A stretch of DNA of 63,086 nt, counting the filler, from Hausera hauseri (Eukaryota), in NCBI GenBank assembly GCA_046269625.1. It is 13 parts of 13 records of this genome, joined end to end, with 100 filler letters (N's around TTAATTAATTAA, not from the genome) between each part and the next. Parts side by side here need not be neighbours in the genome. Positions count along the whole stretch, not along the records: positions 39,030 to 43,929 come from JBJURY010398478.1; positions 44,030 to 48,190 come from JBJURY010728323.1; positions 48,291 to 53,908 come from JBJURY010219853.1; 10 more parts are not named here. The stretch is one strand, 5' to 3'. The position numbers were made by a program, and so were the translations under genes. Positions 39,813 through 49,320 of this stretch are shown here, piece after piece. The notes beneath the pieces are model-generated. The model saw only the letters and a program-made list of their open reading frames with translations, did no database searches and was not told the origin of the DNA. Within the stretch, counting starts at the first letter, position 1. Each line of letters starts with the position of its first letter.

Positions 39813-39879
39813 TGAGAATGAGCAACCAATAAGAAGAGAGCTATATATAGAAGCTATTCTTATTGGTTGCTCATTCTCA
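39813..39879. repeat. 67-bp palindrome (23-bp perfect arms) centred on TATATA, upstream of Rep
   Basis: tgagaatgagcaaccaataagaa (39813-39835) / ttcttattggttgctcattctca (39857-39879), loop gagagctatatatagaagcta. Confidence 0.9.
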
Positions 39880-40034
39880 AAAAGGAGAAGATACTTTTGT
39901 AAATTCATAATATGAACAATCATGTGATTCAATATCTTCGTTTTTGATTGTGTGTAACTGGTGATATGTTATGCAATATATGAGATATTGTATAAATTCG
40001 TAATAATTTATACAATATTTCATATTTTTGCAGC

Positions 40035-41647
40035 ATGTCTTTATCGTCGCAACATGTTATGACACGGGAGGAAAGAAATCAAAGAGTAATTTTATTATTA
40101 TTATTATTATTATTATTTGATTGTGTCTCCAGGGATATGGTGAAAACTTCACTATACATAATGCCCGATTGGGTTTGTACACACGACTGTTTCCCAGTAA
40201 TGATGAATGTACAGATGCACTTCAGAGAAGATTTCCGGATAAAATAGAAGAATTGGTCTGGCCTCCGGAAGGAGCAACATTCCGGCATTATATGGCCGTA
40301 ACAAAATATGATGACAATACAGATTTATGTGTTATTATGAGTAACTTTATAAGATTGTCTTTGATGTATAAATTTTATATGAAGGTGGTGGAGGATACGT
40401 CTCCTTCTGGTTTCCACCACCTTCACTATTTGTTTTATTTAAAAAATCCTATGCGGTTGCATAGATTTAAAACTGTTTTCGATTTTTTATACGTTATACC
40501 TTTTAGAAGTGATGTGTTCGCGGTTTACAAATATCATGAAAAAAATGTAAACCCGAATCTTTTTGTAATGACCCTTGGTAATCCCCCTATCGATATTAGT
40601 AGAGAGAACAATAGTAGGAAAGCTTTATACCGTCTATTCGACGACGCTCCCACGGTCTCGGAAGCTATGAACATCATGAAGGAGGGAGACCGTGCGGAGT
40701 TTGTTACTCGTCATAAGCTCCTCCAATCGTACTGCGCATCCAAATTTAAGCCGAAAATCACTGCTAATACTAATTACATATTCACTATCCCCCCTATAAA
40801 GTTTAGGTTGGATGCAGGTGTGAACACTGCCTTGCTATTTGGCTCATCTAATATAGAAAAAACCTGCTACGCCTTATCCCATGGTAGCAACCCTCTTATA
40901 CTTCACTCTCTGCACGACACACCTGCAGAGTGGTCTACTGTCTATGATGTAATTATCTTTGACGACGTCGGGTTTAGCGAGGTGTGTCCCGACATCTTTC
41001 TTAGCATCGTTCAATGTAACCACGTAAATGATAACAGGAGTATACGTGGACTCTACAAATCTGTTGTGGTACCTTCTAGTGTACCGGTCATTTTTACATA
41101 TAACTCCCAATCCTCCTTTTGGCCTCGAAGGATGGATTTAAGTTAGAAGGAGGCGTGCTTAAAAAGATGCTTACTGTATGAGTTTGGCGATTTCATGCTG
41201 TATCGCACAGGTGAAAGTCGCGATCGATTCTTAACTGAGAACAAAGTGGATTTTAGGAAATTAGCTGAGGAGTATGTGGAACCTCCTGTAATTAATGTGC
41301 CTGTTAGTTTACCTGAAACTATTCCCATGGAAATTCCTATAGTAATTCCACCACACCAATCATTAAGTGTTAACGTCGATGGGGATTGTATGGAAGATGA
41401 GTTGTTTCGTTCACCGTCGTTTGACAGTTCGCCGCCTGCTTTACTTAATGTAAATAATTATCGTCAAGCTTATCATAGGGAAGTCTTGTCTCCGTTCCAT
41501 ATGTGTAGCGAACGGTGTTACGTTGCTCCCGCTGTAGACTTTTTAGCAACTGGTGTTTCTCCTGTTGAGATCGATACTGCCCCAGCGTATGTACGCTATA
41601 ACGATATTGATGTTGATTGGGGCAGAGACGATCATGTCACAATGTAA
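40035..41647 (+). pseudogene. rep: CRESS-DNA-virus-like replication initiator (HUH endonuclease + SF3 helicase), spliced, with one in-frame stop
   Basis: Exon 1 40035-40085, GT-AG intron 40086-40132, exon 2 from 40133. Motif I FTIHN, II HHLHY, III YKYHEK; Walker A GSSNIEKT (degenerate), Walker B IIFDD, motif C VIFTYN, Arg-finger-like ACLKR. TAG at 41144 is followed by an in-frame continuation to 41647, then AATAAA at about 41702. Confidence 0.8.
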
Positions 41648-41740
41648 ATTTTTTATTGGTGCTCAATGTTGTGTGTATATATGTGTGTGTGTAAAGTGTG
41701 AATAAATATTTCAATCTTGTTTTGACTTCTTAATCATTAA

Positions 41741-42289
41741 ATGAGTGTTAACAGTGAATTTTTGTCAAAATTGCTTAAAATGCAGTACAGTGTGGATTCA
41801 TTATGTGACCACGTACGAAATATAGAGGTCCGATATAATCTCCCACCGGAAGAACTAGCAGACTTACAGCATGTCAGTCGGTTGTGCATGGCGAATCTCT
41901 CCATGATGCATGACATACTCAACTTATACGAGAAGATGCAGACCAAGTATAATATTGAGGATCCTATTCACCTGTGTTCTCTCCTACGGGTGTTTGCGAG
42001 TGACAATGATGGTGATCCGATCAGGGACGTTTATAGTTGTCCACCGAGATCTGCGGAAGATATATGTGATAACTTACATCGTCAGCAGATACTGTGCAGT
42101 AACAACCCCTTTCCGATTTATGATTGGGGAAATGAATGCTTGATATGTTTCGCCCTACGTGGTAAGCGAGATTCCGGTAATTGTTATTCTAATTTTTATT
42201 TTATTATTATTAGGGAAGTGGTTAGATCCACGTATAGTTCAGCGGAGAGTCGGATCTCCACTCCCGCGAGTAGCCCTGGACGTGGTTGA
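41741..42289 (+). CDS. Hypothetical protein of the Rep-bearing element (Cys-containing)
   Basis: 182-aa ATG ORF directly after the Rep polyA signal. May splice into the overlapping acidic-tailed ORF ending at 42440, which is followed by AATAAA. Confidence 0.5.
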   Translation: MSVNSEFLSKLLKMQYSVDSLCDHVRNIEVRYNLPPEELADLQHVSRLCMANLSMMHDILNLYEKMQTKYNIEDPIHLCSLLRVFASDNDGDPIRDVYSCPPRSAEDICDNLHRQQILCSNNPFPIYDWGNECLICFALRGKRDSGNCYSNFYFIIIREVVRSTYSSAESRISTPASSPGRG

Positions 42290-42749
42290 ATATGACATTG
42301 CTCGTGACCCTGTGCCTCCTCCTCCTGCTGACTGTGCGACTGAATATAAACCGATATTGAAATTGGCTGAGGATAGTAGCGATGCTGAGAGTCAGGGTCC
42401 TAGTGAGGCTGACACAGAGCCTATGGAGTCTTTTGTTTAATAAATATTCGTAAAATCAAATGTCTTTGTTTATTTGTCTTTGTTTGTATGTTATTTGTTT
42501 CCATTTTTTGTTACATTTTTGTTTATATGTTGCCATGGTAACAAATTTTTTATATTCTTATGTGCCCAAAATCACCGATTCGTGTACGTTCCCATCTCAC
42601 CCCTCACACCGTGCCCAGAGTGCGACCTAAATTTTTTGCATTGGTTATAGAGTATGATATGGGCTATCAGAGACTCTTGTTTTCCCCGAGAATAAATTTT
42701 AATTTTTATAAAAATAAAAATTAATTGTTAGCATCTATCATTTCTAACA

Positions 42750-43859
42750 CTAAGAAATTGTTTGTGAATTTTGCTGATTTTTATGTACTGCGGATTCTTC
42801 TATATATGCAGGATTTTTTATATGTTGTGGTGTACGAGATGGTGTTATTAATTTATATTTTTTATTAGTTATTGCGTTTGTTCCATATGGTGTTGCTCCA
42901 CCTGTACTTGTTCCTGGCAATTGTTCATTTCTAATTAATGGTTTTGTAACTGGTTTAGGCTTTAATTTTAGTATTTTTTGAGTTAAATCACCTGTTTTAT
43001 CTTTTGCAAATATACTTGTTCTCCATGGTTGCGTACCTTCCTTAAATAATAATTTATCTTCGAATACATCTTGTTTATGTAATGGATTATATCCTTTTTT
43101 AAGTGGTGGCGGCCTAGGTGGTGCTTTATACTTTTTGTGTAATTGCCTAATTCTAGTTAATCTAGTATAATTTTGATATGATCGTAAAATTGTACGTGCA
43201 ATACTTGTTATTGTATTATGTATAAGTGTACGTGAACCTCTAAATATTTGAGCAAATAATCTTCCTACTGCACCAATAGTAATTTTTGGAATTGCACGTT
43301 TTGGTCTATTAAATTTTAGGAATGTGTTTAATGTTCTATTAATTCCATTTAATATATCATTATTTTCGTCATATTTTTTAAAATGATTGATATAATAATC
43401 TTCAAACCATTTAGATACCTTCTTATCAATTTCATCTAATCGTTGCTTTTCAGTTGGTCCTCTGTGCTGTCTTAATACATATCCATAATGTGTGTATCTT
43501 TCTAATGGTAATTTCTCGTAAAGTTTTGGTAATTTATTTTTTATATGATACAACAAAAATATAGTATCGCTATATAGATCAATGTTTGTTTTCTGCAATT
43601 TGTTTAAGATTTCATTACATGTTTTCCATTCACGAAAGCTATCTTCTAATCCTTCACTAATTGTATCATTCCATGCTGTTACAAATGGAATTCCCTTCTT
43701 TACTTTTAATATATTTTCTCTATTTCGATGCATCATTTCATTAAAATGATTTTCTGTTTCATCTCTGGGTACTGTATAACCTGATGGATTAATATCATCT
43801 CGCCAAGGTTCAGTAAAATTTTTTCTATTGTTGTATTGTAATGTACTTTCGTCGTCCAT
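42750..43859 (-). CDS. Hypothetical basic protein convergent with Rep
   Basis: Intact 369-aa ORF with a TATAAATA box about 30 bp upstream (43885-43893). Contains RPKR followed by an amphipathic segment. Confidence 0.65.
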   Translation of the reverse strand: MDDESTLQYNNRKNFTEPWRDDINPSGYTVPRDETENHFNEMMHRNRENILKVKKGIPFVTAWNDTISEGLEDSFREWKTCNEILNKLQKTNIDLYSDTIFLLYHIKNKLPKLYEKLPLERYTHYGYVLRQHRGPTEKQRLDEIDKKVSKWFEDYYINHFKKYDENNDILNGINRTLNTFLKFNRPKRAIPKITIGAVGRLFAQIFRGSRTLIHNTITSIARTILRSYQNYTRLTRIRQLHKKYKAPPRPPPLKKGYNPLHKQDVFEDKLLFKEGTQPWRTSIFAKDKTGDLTQKILKLKPKPVTKPLIRNEQLPGTSTGGATPYGTNAITNKKYKLITPSRTPQHIKNPAYIEESAVHKNQQNSQTIS

Positions 43860-44138
43860 TATGTGTGTTTGTGTGCGTAGTGTTCTATTTATAGTATCAC
43901 GCTCAATTGATATAGCGTGCTCAAATTGANNNNNNNNNNNNNNNNNNNNNNNNNNNNNNNNNNNNNNNNNNNNTTAATTAATTAANNNNNNNNNNNNNNN
44001 NNNNNNNNNNNNNNNNNNNNNNNNNNNNNTACCCCCATATTATTCATATTTCCCAGCAATGGTCTGTATTTTACTTACATTCCTATCTTTTACATATTTT
44101 ACACACCAAGTACCCATATTTTACCAGTATCACCTAGA

Positions 44139-44245
44139 TGTAGTGCCCACAGCGGCCAGTGCCCTTTGGCCCATTTGGTTGGGTACGGCCATGCGTCCGT
44201 TGCCGCCGCGTCGGGCCCATAGGCGGGCTCCGATCTTCCGCCTCG
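44139..44245 (+). repeat. Left (outer) inverted repeat of the cargo cassette, type A
   Basis: tgtagtgcccacagcggccagtgccctttggcccatttggttgggtacgg...; its reverse complement aligns with 47026-47128. Confidence 0.85.
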
Positions 44246-44631
44246 GAAGTGTCTCAGTGTACTAAGAAATCTTCCACTCTTCCGAATGTTCTGGAGGGTG
44301 GTCGGTTTGGTGGTGCGGTGGATTCCGTGGAGTCAGCCGAAGAACAGTTTAAAAAAATTGATCATGCAACGATGAATGTAGTTGCATTCGAGGGTCTGTG
44401 CCGACCACTATCAGAATTGTCGTACCTGCTCTCTAATATTCAAGTCGATAGAGATACCGTCAACCGTAGCAATATATAAGTTTCAGCCTTTTCAACGATG
44501 CCTCATCATTTGTTTCAAACTATATCTGAATGAAACGACTAGATAATTTTTAACATCTTTAACGAAAACAACATTGCAAACAAACAATCAAACAAACAAA
44601 CGTCAACACCGAACTAAAACAAGAAACAACA

Positions 44632-45085
44632 ATGTTTTTATTATTGTCAGTAATTATTTTCACTTTCTCAAAATTCGTTCCGTGCCATTTATCGATTAAA
44701 TACGAAAACCGTTCAAATTATGTTGAATTGCTCAAAAATCGAAGTAGATCGAGAGTGGAGGTACCGTTTGAATGCGAAAAGTATCCGTTAATTGTCGAAG
44801 TGGTATTGGGAATTGTTTTATCATTATTGCTGCCGGATCTATCGGTGGGAATTTTCTTGTCATTCTCGGGGTCAGTTTAGTAAGAAAATTACAAACTTAT
44901 ATATTGGTTATACCCGTTGCCATGTACAATCAATTGATACAATTTCGTTGGCCATTTAATGAACAATTCCGTGATGCACTTCTATCATTTGACGTACGGT
45001 TTTGTACATCTAGCACATTAAATCTCTGTGCGATATCCATCGATCGATACCTCGTCATTACAAAACCCATGGAGCATGCTAAAGT
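44632..45085 (+). pseudogene. Biogenic-amine (serotonin-receptor-like) GPCR fragment, N-terminus to TM3
   Basis: GGNFLVILGVSLVRKLQT and FDVRFCTSSTLNLCAISIDRYLVITKP. Frameshift in TM1 and deletion of part of TM2. Confidence 0.85.
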
Positions 45086-45215
45086 TGTGCGTGAGATATA
45101 TGTGATTAATTATTTGTTTTGTTAAAATAAACTAAAAAAATTGTAAACAATGAATTTTGAATAAAAAAGTTTTAATAGAAATTTTTATTTTCAGTGGTAT
45201 TTTTACTCAATGATC

Positions 45216-46235
45216 TAGATTAAAGTAGCGTACTTTTATGAAACAAATGTTGGAAATTTTCATTATGTTTTGAATCACCCTATGAATCCCCACAGACTTT
45301 CTTTGACTCATTCTCTTTGTGTTCATTATGATTTGGCAAAGCAAAGGGACATTTTTCAGCCGCCGAGAGCAGCAGCCCAAGACATGTGCACATTTCTCAG
45401 TCGGGATTATATTGAGTTTCTTCAAGCAGTAACATTGGAAAATGTGAAATTCTATCCCAAAGATAAAATTGTTAGATATAACGTTGGAGAAGATCGTCCA
45501 ATATTTCCTGGTATATCTGAGTTTTGTTCGATATACACCGGTGTGTCGTTGCAAGCGGCGAAATTTTTAAACAATGGCATTGCTGATATTGCAATAATGT
45601 GGTCTGGTGATTTGCATCATGCGAAGAAATTTTTTTGCTACGTTAACGATATTGTTATTGCGAGATTGGAGTTGTTGAAATATAATCAGTGTGTTTTATA
45701 TGTTGATATCGATGCACATCATGGGGATGGTGTACAAGATGCATTGTATTTTACTGATAGCGTTATGACGGTTTCATCTCACAAATATTATAATGTTTTT
45801 CCCCGGAACAGGTGACATGTATGAATTGGGGTGTCGAATGTGGATGGTGCTACTCCACAAACGTTTCTTTGAAGGAAGGTATAATCGATGAAATGTATGT
45901 GTCTGTTTTCAAATCGGTAATAAACGATGTAATAGTGTTTTTCGATCCGGGCGTTGTCGTTCTTCAATGTGGGGCCGATAGTGTTGGATGTGGCGGGTTG
46001 GGTATCTTTGGTTTATCAATTAAGGGCCGCGGGGAATGTGTTAAAATCGTAAAAGGTTATGGTATACCGTTACTGTTGCTCGGTAGAGGGGATTACACTG
46101 TCCGTAACGTTGCTAGATGTTGGGTGTATGGAACTGCAGTTCTTCTCGATATGGAAAATGAAATTTCCAATGACTTACCATATTCAGAGTAGTCGGGATC
46201 CTTCGTTCAGATTTTACACTCCATCCTGACTTAGC
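45216..46235 (+). pseudogene. HDAC3: Class I histone deacetylase (HDAC3-like), nearly complete catalytic domain, intronless, decayed
   Basis: [76 protein letters not shown]. Frameshift near 45810. Confidence 0.88.
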
Positions 46236-46626
46236 AAACTTTTTCGAAAATTTTAATAAGTAACAGGTGGCTGACGAAATGGGCAACAAGCACGGAATTG
46301 ACATAAGAGAACAACTTATTCATGATTATGAAACAAATAACGATACCAGAATGCCAAAAGTGACCGTGAGTACGGCTAGTCCTTCTGCGGGTCACGTACG
46401 TTATTGCCAGCAGTGCGACGTTAGTATAGAATTTAATAAATGGTGTCAGGAAAATTTGTATTATTCGGCTATCCCATAAAAGTAATACTCATTAATCTTA
46501 TAACAACTGATTATCAAATCGAATTAACACCCAGTAATAGTAATATATCACTTATTAATGATCGTTGGTGCTGGGATAAAATGCACATTGCCCCGACAAT
46601 AATTAATAAGGATGATCGAAAATTTC

Positions 46627-47010
46627 ATAAAGTTCGATCCCATGTTCTCAGAGGCACCAATAGTGATGACCGAAAACTTAAAGTTGTTGATAAAACCGTA
46701 ACGTAGGTGGTTGCTAAAACTGGTTATGATCCATGGGGCATTAATTCAAAACTTAGTCCGACTATGGTTGTCGGTTTGGATATATTTCACAGTAAGACTG
46801 GTAAGAGATCGGTTCAAGCTGTAGTTTTTTCTATTAGTACAAAGTTCACTCAATATATTAGCCTCGTTAATTTGACTAAGGGAAAAAGTGAATACCACGA
46901 TTCGCCTAACAGAAACACCGCTGTGGCAATCAAGTGCTTCAAAGATAAGTTTAACATTCTGCTTCAGAAGCACATTATCTACCGTTATGGTGTTAGCAAT
47001 TTTCAGCCGT
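46627..47010 (+). pseudogene. PIWI-clade Argonaute fragment (MID/PIWI junction)
   Basis: AKTGYDPW...PTMVVGLDIFH...RSVQAVVFSI...TQYIS...HIIYRYGVS, corresponding to the MxxGxDVxH and IIYRDGVS motifs. Confidence 0.85.
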
Positions 47011-47025
47011 ATTTCATCAAACTGC

Positions 47026-47155
47026 AAGCGGGGAACTAGGCTATCCTGCAGTTTGCGACCCGCCGCGGCGAGGCTGAAGCCCTGGCCGCCCACCCTATGT
47101 CACTGGGCCAGACGGCAACGTTCGCTGCCGCCTCGCGACAGGCCCCCGGCCACAC
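47026..47155 (-). repeat. Right (inner) inverted repeat of the cargo cassette
   Basis: aagcggggaa...gacccgccgcggcga...gccctggccg...tgggccagacggcaacgttcgctg matches, in order, the reverse complement of the type A terminus (compare 24795-24890 on the + strand). Confidence 0.75.
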
Positions 47156-47164
47156 GACCTCTGT

Positions 47165-48190
47165 ATTTTCTTTTCTTTTTTTTAAATAATAAACATATTT
47201 GCACAAACGCAGTAACACACACACTGCAGCCATCTACAACATCATCGCCACTTTTCTTTGCTCACCTGACTTTTACCCCACACACCACGACTCCACGGTA
47301 CCTCTCGTTAGAACCCTACAATCTTCTTTATCTGCCTTCACATACACTTCCGCATCTGTGGTGGCATGGATTCATCACCCACTATTTATACCACGGACAA
47401 ACCCACCAAACCACCGATCTCCATCACTTACCTACCCAAACAAAGTGTTTCAAACACTACGACACAGCACACACTCCCTGCTCATTCATCCTGCACAGAA
47501 TACTTCCTCGACAGCCAAAATTCTACCAAAACATGGCTAAAACTGCATCAATTCTGGCTCCAATCACAAAACGGCGTCGACCCCTTATTCAAAGCCAACA
47601 GCCTGTTTTTTTCACTTACCTACTTCTACCAAAACCAAAATTACAAACATCATCGACATCCTTCACCACACCAATCCACATGCTCAACTTTACAATGCCG
47701 TGGACCTTCAGAAACCTTCTAAATTCTCAATACCCTTGGCGTAACATCTAAGCCCAGTCCAGAACTTCTTCGTCGCTACTTTTTAAATTCATTGTCCCTT
47801 CAAATAAGAGCTTTGCTCACTGTGGTCGAAGACTCCACGACACTGGGAAAGTTAGCCGAACTGGCAGACAAAGCTTATGAAGTGCTGCACTCACACACAT
47901 TACCAACTGTCTCTGCGGCAGTAACAACAAACCACCAACGACAAAATGCATTGCTGCAGCAACAAATTTCGCAATTAAGCTTAGACAACGAAATTTTGCA
48001 AAAAACAATTAATAACAAACGAGAAATTGAATGAGTTAACGCTGCCTCAACGAGGTTTTCCCAGGGCTGTTTTCCCTTATGTATTTCAACGAAAAAAACA
48101 GTCGCCTTCGCCCGCGCGGTCGTCTATTTGCTACTATCACAACAAATTTGGTAATAATGCTCAGAAATGCTGCATCGGTTGTAAATTTCA
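47165..48190 (+). mobile_element. Ubiquitin-like domain fused to Gypsy-type Gag (decayed copy A)
   Basis: LHIHFRICGG ends at 47365. Then Gag-like sequence TWLKLHQFWL...FKANSL, PELLRRYFLNSLSLQIRALL...LAELADK and the Zn motif CYYHNKFGNNAQKC..GC. Confidence 0.8.
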
Positions 48191-48321
48191 NNNNNNNNNN
48201 NNNNNNNNNNNNNNNNNNNNNNNNNNNNNNNNNNTTAATTAATTAANNNNNNNNNNNNNNNNNNNNNNNNNNNNNNNNNNNNNNNNNNNNTTTTGCTGGC
48301 GTTCATTTAACGGATACGCCC

Positions 48322-48403
48322 TTTTTATAAAATTTAAAATGTTTTACGAAAGTTAATAATTAATATACAATCTCAATTTTATCAATTGAGTTTCCCCTTC
48401 ACA
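48322..48403 (-). repeat. LTR-like terminus (TGTGAAGGGGAAACTC...), copy 2, inserted into the Gag of copy B
   Basis: Near identical to 20570-20651. Interrupts the Gag reading frame right after LAELAD. Confidence 0.75.
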
Positions 48404-49170
48404 GTCCGCAAGTTCCGCCAGTTTGTCGAGCGACGTAGTATTCTCTACAATAGTAAGGAGTGCGCGGATTTGTATTGGCAAAGATGATAAGAAATATCGT
48501 CGAAAAAGATCCGCGTTATTTTGTTAGTTTACTCCTAGTGAGTTTATTTGTGAAAGTGAGGTGCGAAGAAATTCTGAGGGCTTTTGCTAGCCAAGAGCGT
48601 TTTTGTTGAAGTATTTTTGTATTATTGAGTCTAATGAAGGCTCGGTTGATGTGGTTACGAAGTTAAGTAGTGATTTGGATGGATCAGAACGATTAAAGAT
48701 GTCAGAAAGATTAGTTATGCCCGATTTTATATCGGGTGGCAGATGGCGAAGTAGACTGTTGGCCTTTTGAAACGAATCAGTGATTTTATATGAGGCTAGC
48801 CACTTTGCGTGGAAGTCTAGCATGTTTTGAAAGAGTTCTGGCTACCGAAGAAAAAGTTTACACACTGAAAATGTGAGAAAGAAGATGGAGTTGGAGAAAG
48901 AAAGGTTATGTTTGGGGATTTTTTATCTCCTAAGACTTGGGGTCAGAGCCACCACGAAGTTTAGGAATTAGACGGAAATAGAGAGATGAAGAATGTTATT
49001 GAAAAGAGCATAGCAGATAGTCGTGGCGAATAATGAGTCCATTCAGAAATAGAGAGAAACGCGAAAGATGAACGTCATTGCGGATTGAGATGTATATATG
49101 TTTCCCTAATGTTTTGTGATTTCCGATGGGTATGAATATGTATATTTTAAAAAAGATGAAAATAGTAAAA
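48404..49170 (-). mobile_element. Ubiquitin-like domain fused to Gypsy-type Gag (decayed copy B)
   Basis: KIYIFIPIGNHKTL...FSLFLNGLII...YFRLIPKLRGG (LRGG at 48959-48948), followed by FHAKWL...FQKANSLLRHLP...KPSEFLR...FRRYFLSSLPIQIRALL...LAELAD. Confidence 0.8.
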
Positions 49171-49184
49171 GAATTGGCCAACAG

Positions 49185-49320
49185 GTTTGGGGTACAGTGC
49201 GCTGTAACGGGCGCGGGCGCGCCAAGACTTCCATCAAGGCGACATTCGGGCCTTACAACCGGTGCGCCAAGAGTCAAGACCTCCACCCGACAACTCCCGA
49301 TCGGTCGGAACTCAGGTTTA
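49185..49320 (-). repeat. GC-rich segment immediately upstream of UBL-Gag copy B
   Basis: Isolated GC island in AT-rich DNA at the same position as the inner repeat in copies A and C. Contains an internal tcttggcgc direct repeat. No partner repeat clearly found. Confidence 0.55.

Noticed and set aside
43899-43919. Small hairpin cacgct...agcgtg as the CRESS origin
   Set aside because: Only a 6-bp stem, the loop lacks a nonanucleotide-like motif, and it sits at the contig edge.
38930-44029. Linking the Rep element to the pPolB copies or the cargo cassettes as one system
   Set aside because: They are on different contigs separated by artificial linkers, so there is no evidence of physical linkage.
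46888-47751. 287-aa ORF as a real protein
   Set aside because: It is an alternate-frame read across the PIWI fragment, the inverted repeat and the frameshifted UBL-Gag. The conserved motifs lie in other frames.
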